A DNA stretch of 64,000 nucleotides from Acholeplasmataceae bacterium (GCA_963676765.1 OY781159.1:848021-912020), one strand, 5' to 3'; shown: positions 20,287 to 30,845, counted from the stretch's first letter. Numbers and translations are program-made. The notes: generated from the letters alone by a model not told the origin.

Positions 20287-21246
20287 ATGAAAGATCTCAT
20301 CATTATAGGAGCTGGACCAGTTGGTTTATACGCAGGATTTTGTGCGGGATTAAGAAAACTAGATGCAAGTATTATAGAGTCATCATTCGAAACTGGGGGA
20401 CAGCTATCATTATATGAGGAAAAGGATATATTAGATGTGCCTGGTTTTGCCAGTATTAAGGCCAAAGACTTGGGTAAAGCTTTGTTAGAACAATACGAGA
20501 CATACAAAGATGTTGTTGATTTAAAAATAGGAGAAGATGTGCTTGAAATTCAAAAAATAGCAGATTATTTTGTTGTGTCAACAAATCAAGGTACATATGA
20601 AACAAGAAAGGTTTTGATTGCCAATGGTGGCGGGAAATTCTCCCCCCGTTTAGTTGAAGGATTAGAAGCGGATAACGTTTATTATCATATTTGTAATGTC
20701 GAACGCTTCAGAGGACAAGATATTGCAGTATTAGGTGGTGGTGATTCCGCAGTTGACTGGGCGATTGCATTGCTTCAAGAAGCGAATTCTGTAACTTTAA
20801 TCCATCGAAGAGATGCTTTTAGAGCGCATCAATCTTCATTGGATTTATTTAAGGAACGTGGTGGTAAAATTATAAGCAACCATGTTGTATGGGAATATGT
20901 CACTGAAAATCAAAATGTATCATCATTAAAATTAATGTGTAATAAAGATGAGTGCATTAGAACGATTAGAACTGATGCGGTATGTATATTTTTCGGTTTG
21001 AAGAAAACAAGAGTAGATTATGCCCCATGGCAAGTCGAGTTTGATCCCAAAGGTATATTAGTAAATCAAGAAATGGAATCATCTATAAAAGGCATTTATG
21101 CAGTTGGTAATGCTGCATCATATGAGGGTAAACAAGATATGTTGACGAGTGGTTTTGGAGAAGTAGTGACGGCGATAGGCGCGATTAATTTTGCTATTCA
21201 TCCTGAGCAAAAAGTACCTAAGTACTCATCAATGATAAAAAAATAG
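20287..21246 (+). CDS. Ferredoxin--NADP+ reductase / thioredoxin reductase-like flavoprotein
   Basis: IIGAGPVGL, GGGDSAVDWA, IHRRDAFRA; no CXXC. Confidence 0.85.
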   Translation: MKDLIIIGAGPVGLYAGFCAGLRKLDASIIESSFETGGQLSLYEEKDILDVPGFASIKAKDLGKALLEQYETYKDVVDLKIGEDVLEIQKIADYFVVSTNQGTYETRKVLIANGGGKFSPRLVEGLEADNVYYHICNVERFRGQDIAVLGGGDSAVDWAIALLQEANSVTLIHRRDAFRAHQSSLDLFKERGGKIISNHVVWEYVTENQNVSSLKLMCNKDECIRTIRTDAVCIFFGLKKTRVDYAPWQVEFDPKGILVNQEMESSIKGIYAVGNAASYEGKQDMLTSGFGEVVTAIGAINFAIHPEQKVPKYSSMIKK

Positions 21247-21255
21247 GAGGTAATT

Positions 21256-21819
21256 ATGTGGCAAGCAATTGGTGAATTTTTTACAGCAGCTCCTTGGTGG
21301 GAATTGTTATTAATTTGTTGTGCGAAGATTATTGAAGTTACCATTGGTACAATGCGTATTATTTTAATTTCAAAAGGATATCGTAAACCAGGAACAATTT
21401 TGGCTGTATTTGAAATTTTATTATGGGTGTTTGTAGCATCAACAGTTATTAGTAATATAGTAGAAGCGCCAATTAAAGGTATCGTGTATTCAATTGGTTT
21501 CGCAATTGGTGTCTATATTGGTTCGATGTTAGAATCTAGATTAGCGATTGGAAGGATGATTATTCATGTGATAACCTCCGTTGAGAATGCACCTTTGATC
21601 ACACAAGTCGTTAGAGAACAAGGACATGGTGTAACAGAGATTAATGCAAAAGGTAAACAATCAGAGCGTGTTGTCTTAATGTTATTTGTAAATCGCAAGA
21701 ATCGACCAACTGTAATGAAATTAATTGAAGAAGCTGATCCAAAAGCAGTTATAGCAGCAAATGAAGTATCGCTTATTCAAGGTGGTTTCGTTAGTCCTTG
21801 GCGACGTATTGCAAAATAA
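21256..21819 (+). CDS. DUF2179/DUF5698 (UPF0316) membrane protein
   Basis: VTIGTMRIIL, FEILLW, GFAIGVYIG, GHGVTEINAKG. Confidence 0.8.
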   Translation: MWQAIGEFFTAAPWWELLLICCAKIIEVTIGTMRIILISKGYRKPGTILAVFEILLWVFVASTVISNIVEAPIKGIVYSIGFAIGVYIGSMLESRLAIGRMIIHVITSVENAPLITQVVREQGHGVTEINAKGKQSERVVLMLFVNRKNRPTVMKLIEEADPKAVIAANEVSLIQGGFVSPWRRIAK

Positions 21820-21875
21820 AGCAAGGTTGCAATTGGTTGCATAAATCACTTATTTATGTATAATAGATAGTGCAT

Positions 21876-21950
21876 GGAGTTATAGCTCAGCGGGAGAGCA
21901 CCTGCTTGACGTGCAGGGGGTCGTGGGTTCAATTCCCTCTAACTCCACCA
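21876..21950 (+). tRNA. tRNA-Val (GAC)
   Basis: Acceptor GGAGTTA/TAACTCC, anticodon arm CCTGC-TTGACGT-GCAGG, T-loop TTCAATT, encoded CCA; promoter TTGCAT-16-TATAAT upstream, terminator at 21962-21986. Confidence 0.95.
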
Positions 21951-22043
21951 TGCACAAATTTAAAAACCTATGTGAATGGGTTTTTTCTTTCTATTATATC
22001 TAGTCATCATGATATAATAAGTTGATTGAGAAAAGGTGATTGT

Positions 22044-23432
22044 ATGAATAATAATCGTGAGCGTATGCTAGGCAATATGAATATCAAAAAGTTATTATTT
22101 AAACTAGCTGTCCCTGCAACACTTGGGATGATTTTTAATGCGTTATATAACCTAGTAGATACCATATTTGTTGCTAGAGGGGTTAATGAATTAGCTATTG
22201 GTGCACTAACATTTGCATTCCCTGTACAGATGATATTATTAGCGATTGGCTTAATGATAGGGATTGGTTCTGCATCGGTATATAGCCGCGCATTTGGTCG
22301 TAAGGACTATGAAAAAATGGATAAAGCGGTTAATACTGCGTTGGGTATTGATATACTTTTAGCATTAGCAATTACGGTATTAGGCTATGTCTTCTTAGAT
22401 GACCTATTAAGATTCTTTGGTGCGACAGATATTAATATTGATTATGGTCGTGAATATTTAAGTGTTATTTTGTTGGGACTATTACCAATGACATTATCAA
22501 TGGTTTTAAATAATTTAAGTCGCGCAGAGGGTAGACCAAATGTCGCGATGATCACGATGATTATAGGCGCGGGTTTAAATATTGTCCTAGATGCTATTTT
22601 TATTTTTGTTTTCCATATGGGTGTTCAAGGTGCTGCAGTAGCAACCGTTATCGCACAAACAGTAGCTTTCATCTTTATTTTCTTCAATACATATAGTAAA
22701 CGTTCATTATTAAAAATACATATCACGCATTTCTTTAGATTTGACTTTAAGTTAGTCAAAGAAACATTAAGTGTTGGATTCCCGACATTTTTAAGAAATG
22801 CGACAGCAGCAGTATTAGTTATTATTATTAACCGATTAATTAATCAATATGTTGCAGTTGATCCAGCATTAACGATTTCTATTTATGGAATTATCAATCG
22901 TGTGATTAACTTCACGTTTATGCCTGCTTTTGGCGTCATACAGGGGCTTACGCCTATTGTTAGTTATAATTATGGGGCGAAGAATTATAGACGTCTTAGA
23001 GAGGCAATTTCGTTTGCAACTAAAATTATTGTTGTTTATTTTTTCATTGGTCTAGCATTCATTATGACATTGGCACCTCAAATATTTGGTATATTCTCAG
23101 AATCAAATAATGAAGCATTTATTCAAAACGGTGCGAAAGCGATTAGAATTATGTCTATTGGGTTCTCACTTGTCGGTTTCCAAGTTATTGTCAGTTCGAT
23201 TATGCAAGCATTCGGTTATCCCATTAGAGCACTTATCGTTACCATTTCAAGACAAGTCATATTCTTTATTCCATTTATTTATATCCTAACATCTATTTAT
23301 GGTTCTGATGGTATTTGGTATGCATTTCCAGCTGCAGATATACTTGCAGGTATTGTAGGTATTGTGATTTTAATATTGGAAATGAAGACTATTAAATTGA
23401 AAGCATTAGAAGAACATATTGCATATGCATAA
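22044..23432 (+). CDS. MATE family efflux transporter
   Basis: LAVPA, YNLVDTIFV, RAEGRP, GVQGAAVATV, IVSYNYGA. Confidence 0.92.
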   Translation: MNNNRERMLGNMNIKKLLFKLAVPATLGMIFNALYNLVDTIFVARGVNELAIGALTFAFPVQMILLAIGLMIGIGSASVYSRAFGRKDYEKMDKAVNTALGIDILLALAITVLGYVFLDDLLRFFGATDINIDYGREYLSVILLGLLPMTLSMVLNNLSRAEGRPNVAMITMIIGAGLNIVLDAIFIFVFHMGVQGAAVATVIAQTVAFIFIFFNTYSKRSLLKIHITHFFRFDFKLVKETLSVGFPTFLRNATAAVLVIIINRLINQYVAVDPALTISIYGIINRVINFTFMPAFGVIQGLTPIVSYNYGAKNYRRLREAISFATKIIVVYFFIGLAFIMTLAPQIFGIFSESNNEAFIQNGAKAIRIMSIGFSLVGFQVIVSSIMQAFGYPIRALIVTISRQVIFFIPFIYILTSIYGSDGIWYAFPAADILAGIVGIVILILEMKTIKLKALEEHIAYA

Positions 23433-23440
23433 AAAAAGGC

Positions 23441-23752
23441 CTATGCCTCTTTAATCCAAGATTGACTCCATGTATCAATGGCATCCATCACTGGTTTTAG
23501 AGCATAGCCTTTTTTTGTTAGTGCATATTCAACACGAACAGGAACTTCAGCATAAACAGTTCTTGTGATTATATCTTCGTTTTCAAGTTCTTTTAATCTT
23601 TCCGATAACACCTTACCACTAACTTGAATTTCTGATTCAAGTGTACTGAATCGTTTTGAACCACCCATCAATTGGTTGATAATAAGACCGATCCAGCGCT
23701 TAGATAAGAGTTTACTAGCTTTTTCAAATTTAGCACAGATTACTGGTTTCAT
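23441..23752 (-). CDS. HxlR-family winged-helix regulator
   Basis: KVLSERLKELE, PVRVEYALT; divergent from the FMN reductase. Confidence 0.88.
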   Translation of the reverse strand: MKPVICAKFEKASKLLSKRWIGLIINQLMGGSKRFSTLESEIQVSGKVLSERLKELENEDIITRTVYAEVPVRVEYALTKKGYALKPVMDAIDTWSQSWIKEA

Positions 23753-23867
23753 GCCATCACCTCTTACATTTATCATAGCATAAAACTATTTGTAAGCAAA
23801 TGATTTTACTTTATAAACTAACTATCATACAATAGGTTACGTAAAGTAAGTTATAGGAGGTCATGAC

Positions 23868-24410
23868 ATGACAAACAATACATTAAACATAGGTATTATC
23901 GTAGGTTCAACAAGAGAAGGAAGAGTTTCACCTCAAGTTGCAGAATGGGTAAAAAAAGAGAGTGAATCAAGAAACGCTAATTATGAAATCGTGGACATCA
24001 AAGATTTCAATTTACCATTATTAGGCGAAAAAGGTGATTTTTCAGGTATCGCAAAATGGACAGCAAAACTAGGTGAATTAGATGGTTTCGTATTTATTGC
24101 ACAAGAATATAATCATGGATTAGCTGCATCGCTTAAGAACGCAATGGATTATGTTAGAGATGAATGGAACAATAAAGCGGCAGGTATCGTATCATATGGT
24201 TCAATCGGTGGTGCAAGAGCTGCAGAACACCTACGTGGTATTTTAGGTGAGTTACAAGTTGCTGATGTACGTACACAAGTATTATTATCATTATTTACTG
24301 ATTTTGAAAATGGTACAACATTCAAGCCACAAGACTTGCATTCAGCTAATTTATCGACATTATTTGATCAAGTAGAAGCATGGTCAACAGCATTAAAAAC
24401 ATTACGCTAG
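23868..24410 (+). CDS. NADPH-dependent FMN reductase
   Basis: GSTREGR, EYNHG, LKNAMD, VSYGSIGGARA. Confidence 0.9.
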   Translation: MTNNTLNIGIIVGSTREGRVSPQVAEWVKKESESRNANYEIVDIKDFNLPLLGEKGDFSGIAKWTAKLGELDGFVFIAQEYNHGLAASLKNAMDYVRDEWNNKAAGIVSYGSIGGARAAEHLRGILGELQVADVRTQVLLSLFTDFENGTTFKPQDLHSANLSTLFDQVEAWSTALKTLR

Positions 24411-24436
24411 TTATGAATGAGTTTCATAAAAATTTA

Positions 24437-24469
24437 CTCGTTGGTTCTTAACCAACGGGTTTTGTTTTT
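24437..24469 (+). terminator. Intrinsic terminator
   Basis: CTCGTTGGTT-ctt-AACCAACGGG-TTTTGTTTTT. Confidence 0.8.
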
Positions 24470-24503
24470 ATATTGACTAAATAAACATAAGTGCTATAAT
24501 GAT

Positions 24504-25922
24504 ATGGGTATGGAAAAAATATTAACAAGAGACGATAAAAAGCGTCATTTAATTCTATTTGATAAGAACATTTATAAGGGTCTTATCATTATGGCTTTAC
24601 CATTGATGCTCAACAATTTTATAAAAACCGTTCACGATATTATTGACATGTTTTTTGTCGGACGTATTCCAGTTTTTGGGTTAGAAGCGATTAATGCAAT
24701 CCAGTTAACTTTCCCAGTTTTTTTTACGTTTATATCGTTGGGTATAGGTTTATCTGCGGCAGGTACAGCGATTATCAGTCAGTTAGTCGGTGCAGGTAAA
24801 AAAGAAAAAGCAAGACAGTATGCTGGGAATTTGTTAATAGTTGCTGTTGTGCTAGGTGTATTACTTAATGTATTTGCTTTCTTCATGGGGCCAGTCATTA
24901 TGGAATTGATGGGAGCGAGAGGGTATGTTTTAGCTGAAAGTGCTACATATGTGAGAATTCGTTCGTTTGAACTAGTATTTGTCTTCTTGTTTTTCGCTTT
25001 CACTTCGATTAGACAATCTAGTGGGGATACGGTAACAGCTGTAATTTATGGTGTCATTACAGTCATTATAAATATAGTTTTATCGCCGACGTTGATTCAA
25101 GTGTTTGATATGGGTGTTTCTGGTGCTGCGTATGCGACACTTGCTGCTAACATCCTGATTGTACCGTTTTTTGCAAGACAACTATTTGTGAATAAAACAG
25201 GAATCACCATATCTTTTAATCATTTAAAAGTCAAATGGGAACAAACAAAAGAATTGATTAAAACCGCGATTCCAGCATCACTTGGCCAATCAATTACAGC
25301 CATCGGCTTTATTTTAATTAACACGATTATTTATACGTATGGTGATCAAGTATTGGGAGCATTTACGGTTGGTAATCGAATTAATAGTATGATTTTACAT
25401 CCTGTGATGGCTATCGGTGGTGTCGTTTCTGCATATATTGGGCAAAATATCGGTAATAACAACCCAAAGAGAGCACGAGAAACATTTAAAAAAGCATTGT
25501 TCTTATCTGTTGGTATATCGATTTTCTTTACAATTACATTCATGTTTTTAAGAAGACCACTTGTTTCAATTTTTTTACATGAGGATCCTGAAGCAGTAAA
25601 TTTAGCAGTTCAGTATATGATATTTGTCTTATCAAGTATTCCTTTAATGGCGATATTCCAAACATTTATTGGGACATTCAATGGTAATGGTAAAACAGGA
25701 TACACCTTCCTAATTTCAATTACGAGATTATGGGTTTTGCGTATTCCACTTGTCTTATTATTTACTTATGTATTTCAAATTGGTGCATCCGGTATTTGGA
25801 TAGCAATGACAATTTCAAATGTAGTTATTACAATTCCTGGTATAATTTTATATAGAAGATTGAAGTTTGCCCCAGTTGTGCAGATACTTAACAAAAGAGA
25901 ACCACTTGAAAAAGCAGTATAA
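24504..25922 (+). CDS. MATE family efflux transporter
   Basis: MALPL, IDMFFVG, GVSGAAYAT, IGQNIG, GIWIAM. Confidence 0.92.
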   Translation: MGMEKILTRDDKKRHLILFDKNIYKGLIIMALPLMLNNFIKTVHDIIDMFFVGRIPVFGLEAINAIQLTFPVFFTFISLGIGLSAAGTAIISQLVGAGKKEKARQYAGNLLIVAVVLGVLLNVFAFFMGPVIMELMGARGYVLAESATYVRIRSFELVFVFLFFAFTSIRQSSGDTVTAVIYGVITVIINIVLSPTLIQVFDMGVSGAAYATLAANILIVPFFARQLFVNKTGITISFNHLKVKWEQTKELIKTAIPASLGQSITAIGFILINTIIYTYGDQVLGAFTVGNRINSMILHPVMAIGGVVSAYIGQNIGNNNPKRARETFKKALFLSVGISIFFTITFMFLRRPLVSIFLHEDPEAVNLAVQYMIFVLSSIPLMAIFQTFIGTFNGNGKTGYTFLISITRLWVLRIPLVLLFTYVFQIGASGIWIAMTISNVVITIPGIILYRRLKFAPVVQILNKREPLEKAV

Positions 25923-25939
25923 TACAAATAGGTGATATT

Positions 25940-26398
25940 ATGATAGGTTATTTTAAAAGTCCATTTGGATATATAGCATATACATATCAAGACAATCTAA
26001 TAACTAAAATGTCATTCATGGATGATAGGCCAACTGAAATGGTATATGATGACTTAATTAATGATGCTTTGAAACGTTATTTTAATGGGACTTTGAAGCA
26101 CTTTGATTTTGTTTATGATATATCATCATTCACACCATTTCAACAAGAAGTATTTAAAGCTTTGATGCAAATACCTTATGGCGTAACGAAAAGTTATAAA
26201 GATATTGCAGAAGCGATTCATAGACCAAAAGCTTATCGTGCAGTCGGACAAGCATGCAAGAAAAATCCAATCGGTATTATGATTCCTTGTCATCGTGTCA
26301 TTGGTAGTGATCATGCTTTGACAGGTTATTCTGGTAAAGATTATATTCATTTAAAGGAAAAACTATTACAACACGAAAGTGAATTTAAAGATATTTAA
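25940..26398 (+). CDS. ogt: Methylated-DNA--protein-cysteine methyltransferase
   Basis: IPCHRVIG active site; RAVGQA. Confidence 0.92.
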   Translation: MIGYFKSPFGYIAYTYQDNLITKMSFMDDRPTEMVYDDLINDALKRYFNGTLKHFDFVYDISSFTPFQQEVFKALMQIPYGVTKSYKDIAEAIHRPKAYRAVGQACKKNPIGIMIPCHRVIGSDHALTGYSGKDYIHLKEKLLQHESEFKDI

Positions 26399-26530
26399 TA
26401 ATAATTTATTATTAACGGCCGTTTGGTCGTTTTTATTTACGTTAGGATAATGAAAATTGCTTATTTTCACATAGAAATGTGATATATTAGAGGTGTAATC
26501 GTTTCAATTAGGTCGAGAAGGATCGTATAC

Positions 26531-29116
26531 ATGAAGAAGTTTACTTGGAAACTTGCTATCACGGTCATTGTTGCATACCTACTTTTGACTTCAGTTGTAT
26601 TATTATCATATACACTGATTTCAAACGGGTTTATCTTAGGACAAGCCGAACAGGAATTAACAACAATGGGCGAAGGGATTTCAGCCTCCTTTTCGCGCCA
26701 AGTCATCTATGACTATAATCGCTATGTCGATGAATTAGAGACATTAGATGACCCATTAACAGAGTTTGTACCTGCAAACTTTTCTTTGCTTGACCAAAAT
26801 ATACTTGGTATTGGGCAAATAGTAGACCGTGATCATGTCCATATTGGCACAGAAGTTTACGCTTATGATGCTAGTTTCTATTTAAATGATTTTGAACAAA
26901 ACGTCGCCATCTATCGTTTTAGTGACGCTTTTTCTACATGGACAGAAAACACGAGCCTCATGGTATTCAACTATAATGGGTTTATTGCTTATTTTGAAGC
27001 GTCAAGTTATCTCCAATCTTTCTTTGTAGGTAATGGTTTAGTTGAAAACTATTATGTGATTGGATCAGACTCTAGATTATATTATGATAGTTCAAATGCC
27101 TATAGTTATCCAAGATTTACGACATTCTTTAGAGAAGCTGGTTATTCAGAAGATTATATTTATGATATGACAAGTATGTTAACTAATTTGGAATCTGGTG
27201 TCATTCAATCAAAATTATTTGATGATTCACAATTGATTTCGTTTACACCGATCACAATTAGTTTAAATCAAATGACGAAACCACTTTATTTTGCTACGAT
27301 GTATAATCGTGCAGATGTTGTCACGACTATTTCGACATTAAGTAATATTTTGTGGGCTGTGTTCGCGGTTATTTTTATTATTTTCTCAGTAACCATTGTT
27401 ATCATTTATCGTGTTTTGGCAGCACGTATTGAGGATATTGATAATGCAAGATTAGCATTATATTTCTCAAAACCATATATTATTAAGATTAATAAACGTG
27501 GGCGCATTAAAGGGTATAATCGCACGTTTAGAAACTTCTTAGGTGATTTCGATATTTACGATGATGTTAGAGATTTCAAAGTAAAAGGTGTCTTAAATAA
27601 AGAAAGTATTTTAGAAATGGCAAAACGTCAGATTGCTATGACGTTCTTATTTGAAATCGAAAATGATGAAAAATATATTTTATTTATTCCAACAAGAACA
27701 ACTGGTGGTATCTTATTAATTGGTAGTGATACGACTCACATTGAGGGACGTTTTGATCAATATCGTAAACTTGCTTTAATGAATAGTGTGACTAACTTAC
27801 CTAACCAAAACCAGTTAATGCAGGATTTAGAAGAATTATTAGAAGATCCAGAGCGATCAAAGTTAAATAATTCATTAATCACTTTTGACATCGTGAATTA
27901 TCCAAAAATTAAATTAATTTTGGGACAACGGTCATCTAATCGATTTTTAAAGCTTATATCAGAAATGGTTAATCGGTCATTAGATGGTTATCCATCGGTT
28001 TTATACAATATTGAAGCAGACCAGTTTGTCGTTTTACTTGAAGGCATAGAAGCATATAAATGGGTTGAACGTTGGTTAGAAAAATTGACAGCTGTTTTCG
28101 ATAAGCCTGTCACAATTGAAAGAAACTTCTTAACTGTTGATTTCAAGTTTGGTATTTTTAATATTGAGTATGATAGATACGAGATTTTAAACAACTATGT
28201 TTGTTACGACAATATGATGCTTGCACTAAAACATGCGAAAGAGTCATCAAGACATAAGAAGTTTACATATGATGTTTCTTTATCAATTATTGCATCTAGA
28301 GAACATAAGATGGAACTTGATTTAGCAAATGCTATTAAAAAGAATGAATTTAAAATGGTATTACAAGCACAATTAAATAACAATACAAATAAAATTGTTG
28401 GTTTTGAGGCACTCATTCGTTGGACAAATCCAAGTTATGCAAATGAATCACCACTTAAATTTATTAAAATGGCAGAACAAAATGGTATGATTATTGATAT
28501 TGGACGCATTGCACTTCATGAAACATTTCTGATTGCGAAAGAAATGGAACCATATCATATTACAATTTCAATTAATATTTCGCCAGTTCAAATATTACAA
28601 GCTGGTTTTGTTAATGATTTAATTGATATCTTTCAACAATATGATTTACAAAAAGGATCAATCGCCTTAGAAATCACTGAAACATTCTTGATTGATTCAT
28701 TTGAACTTGTCATCAATAAACTAAATTTATTGAAGAAACATGGTTTCCATATTCACTTGGATGATTTTGGTACTGGCTACTCTTCATTACAATATTTAAG
28801 AGATCTTCCTGTTAATGCCTTAAAAATAGATAAGGCGTTCATAGATGAAGTAGAATCAGATGCTCATGCTAGAGCAATTGTGAATATGATATCTGATCTA
28901 GCAAAAAATATTAATTTGGAAGTTATTTCTGAAGGTGTTGAATCACCAAGACAAAATTTTATTATTAAAAAAGCTGGTTGTCATATCGTTCAAGGATATC
29001 TTGTTTCTAAACCTGTTGATAAACAAGTTGCAATCGAACTCGTCAGGGCTTATAATATAGACCATACGGCAGATGTTAAATCGCTGTTGCCAAAGACGAA
29101 GGAGGGACGCAGATGA
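26531..29116 (+). CDS. Membrane sensor GGDEF(degenerate)-EAL protein; probable active c-di-GMP phosphodiesterase
   Basis: Two TM segments flanking an extracellular domain; GGDEF replaced by EADQF; EAL motifs EALIRW, EITE, DDFGTGYSS, KID, EGVE, QG intact. Confidence 0.88.
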   Translation: MKKFTWKLAITVIVAYLLLTSVVLLSYTLISNGFILGQAEQELTTMGEGISASFSRQVIYDYNRYVDELETLDDPLTEFVPANFSLLDQNILGIGQIVDRDHVHIGTEVYAYDASFYLNDFEQNVAIYRFSDAFSTWTENTSLMVFNYNGFIAYFEASSYLQSFFVGNGLVENYYVIGSDSRLYYDSSNAYSYPRFTTFFREAGYSEDYIYDMTSMLTNLESGVIQSKLFDDSQLISFTPITISLNQMTKPLYFATMYNRADVVTTISTLSNILWAVFAVIFIIFSVTIVIIYRVLAARIEDIDNARLALYFSKPYIIKINKRGRIKGYNRTFRNFLGDFDIYDDVRDFKVKGVLNKESILEMAKRQIAMTFLFEIENDEKYILFIPTRTTGGILLIGSDTTHIEGRFDQYRKLALMNSVTNLPNQNQLMQDLEELLEDPERSKLNNSLITFDIVNYPKIKLILGQRSSNRFLKLISEMVNRSLDGYPSVLYNIEADQFVVLLEGIEAYKWVERWLEKLTAVFDKPVTIERNFLTVDFKFGIFNIEYDRYEILNNYVCYDNMMLALKHAKESSRHKKFTYDVSLSIIASREHKMELDLANAIKKNEFKMVLQAQLNNNTNKIVGFEALIRWTNPSYANESPLKFIKMAEQNGMIIDIGRIALHETFLIAKEMEPYHITISINISPVQILQAGFVNDLIDIFQQYDLQKGSIALEITETFLIDSFELVINKLNLLKKHGFHIHLDDFGTGYSSLQYLRDLPVNALKIDKAFIDEVESDAHARAIVNMISDLAKNINLEVISEGVESPRQNFIIKKAGCHIVQGYLVSKPVDKQVAIELVRAYNIDHTADVKSLLPKTKEGRR

Positions 29117-30543
29117 TACCATATGTTTTGGAAATTAGTCCAGCTATTCAAATATTAATTTCTGTTGGAGTTGTTGCTATTTTAGGTGTGTTGATTTATT
29201 TTCTGGCTGTCTCATTCTTCAAAGAAAGAAGACGTTTGATTGATGAAAAGTCTTTAACAATTGAAGGCATCTTAACAAAAACAGAAATGCATTCTTTAAT
29301 TGCTAGTTATATAACAAGAGCTTCTAGAGATATGCAATTCTCACTAATATATATTGACCTAGATAAGTTTACAGATTATGAAAATGCTTTTGGTGCGATT
29401 GAATCAGAAAGAATTATTGAACGTATTGTCAGAAATATTGAATCTGTTATATCAAGAAACATCAAAATTGCACGTATGCAAAAAGATGAATTGATCTTAA
29501 CACTTCCTTATGAATATGATCGTACAGAAACGATGGAAATCGCAAGTAAGGTTAAACAGGCAATTCATAAGCAAATTAGGTTGTTCGGAGATACAACGAT
29601 TAACGCTACTGCATCAATTGCAGTTGCCTTTTATCCTGCACATGGTTCACAAGTCAAAGAATTGCTTAATTCATTGCAAATAGCTACTTACATCATAAAG
29701 AAGAATGGCGGAAATATGGTTCGCATCTACTCGGAAGAAATGAGCAGTGAAGAAGGCGAACACGTAGAGTATTATTATCAAATTAAACATGCGATTCAAC
29801 ATAAAGAGTTTCAATTGTTTTATCATCCAATAATCGATATTGAAAACAAAACGATATATGGTGCAGAAGCTTTAATTAGATGGAATCACCCAGAGCACGG
29901 TTTATTATCACCATTTAAGTTTTTAGGTATTATGGAACAATCTGGAGATATTCATTGGATTGGTTTATGGGGATTAGAAACTATAATCAAGACATATCAG
30001 GAAATTTCACAAATGTTTCCTTCCGTTGAATTCAGAATTACAATGAATTTATCACCAAAACAATTGATGAGTGAGACAATTTTCCAAGATTTCCAGAAGA
30101 TTTTAAAGAAGTATCGGATGAATGCAAAACATATCGTCTTAGAAATCGTTGAATTTACATTGTTTGATCGTCAAGATGTCATTCGTAAAAACTTAAGTCT
30201 ACTAAAACAATTAGGGTTCATGATAGCAATCGATGGATTTGGACTTGATTTCAAAACATTAGAAAAAGTTGCACAACTTAATGTTGATATTATTAAACTT
30301 GATTCAGGTTTCTTATCAGAAGAAGAGGATTTCATCAGAAACAAATTCGCTAACTTAATTGTTGATTTTGCTAAAAAACATAATTGTGATGTCGTATGTG
30401 AATTGATTGAAACAAAAGATTTAATGATTGCTGCTAGAAATTACGGTATTCATCTATTGCAAGGTTATTATTTTAGCCAACCAATCTCGGCAGAAGCATT
30501 GCGCGGTTATATTGGTGTTTCTTCATGGGATCAAAAATTATAA
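29113..30543 (+). CDS. Membrane-anchored GGDEF-EAL protein, both domains degenerate
   Basis: N-terminal TM; GGDEF to QKDEL; DDFGTGYSS to DGFGLDFKT; EGVE to ELIE. Confidence 0.85.
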   Translation: MIPYVLEISPAIQILISVGVVAILGVLIYFLAVSFFKERRRLIDEKSLTIEGILTKTEMHSLIASYITRASRDMQFSLIYIDLDKFTDYENAFGAIESERIIERIVRNIESVISRNIKIARMQKDELILTLPYEYDRTETMEIASKVKQAIHKQIRLFGDTTINATASIAVAFYPAHGSQVKELLNSLQIATYIIKKNGGNMVRIYSEEMSSEEGEHVEYYYQIKHAIQHKEFQLFYHPIIDIENKTIYGAEALIRWNHPEHGLLSPFKFLGIMEQSGDIHWIGLWGLETIIKTYQEISQMFPSVEFRITMNLSPKQLMSETIFQDFQKILKKYRMNAKHIVLEIVEFTLFDRQDVIRKNLSLLKQLGFMIAIDGFGLDFKTLEKVAQLNVDIIKLDSGFLSEEEDFIRNKFANLIVDFAKKHNCDVVCELIETKDLMIAARNYGIHLLQGYYFSQPISAEALRGYIGVSSWDQKL

Positions 30544-30689
30544 AAAGATAGTTTTTTAAGACTGCTTTTTCTTATTAAATATGCAATAATCATCAAAAAA
30601 GGACATCTCCTTACACCTGAAAATATTTTTTTAAAAAAGACATCTATTTATAGATGGGCATAAATATTAGGAAAATGTATGAAAAAGTA

Positions 30690-30718
30690 TTGACAAAATT
30701 TGAAAAGAAGTATAAAAT
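30690..30718 (+). promoter_or_regulatory. Sigma-A promoter of the fibre locus
   Basis: TTGACA-17-TAAAAT immediately before riboswitch 1. Confidence 0.75.
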
Positions 30719-30724
30719 CATGTT

Positions 30725-30830
30725 ACAAAGTGAAAAGGCATAGCCGAAGGAATTCGGTGACGCAAAACTAAAGGGCCTAGAACAGGTAGCCAGTTACCAT
30801 TTGATTAATCAAAGTGGTGCTGGTGTTTTT
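30725..30830 (+). ncRNA. c-di-GMP-I (GEMM) riboswitch 1 with terminator
   Basis: GGCATAG-CCGAA-GGAA-TTCGG-TGACGCAAAACTAAAGGGCCT...AGGTAGCCAGTTAC; terminator CCAGTTACCA...TGGTGCTGG-TGTTTTT. Confidence 0.9.
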
Positions 30831-30845
30831 ATTTACCAGAATTGA

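Noticed and set aside
26531-30543. Active diguanylate cyclases
   Set aside because: GG(D/E)EF is replaced by EADQF and QKDEL.
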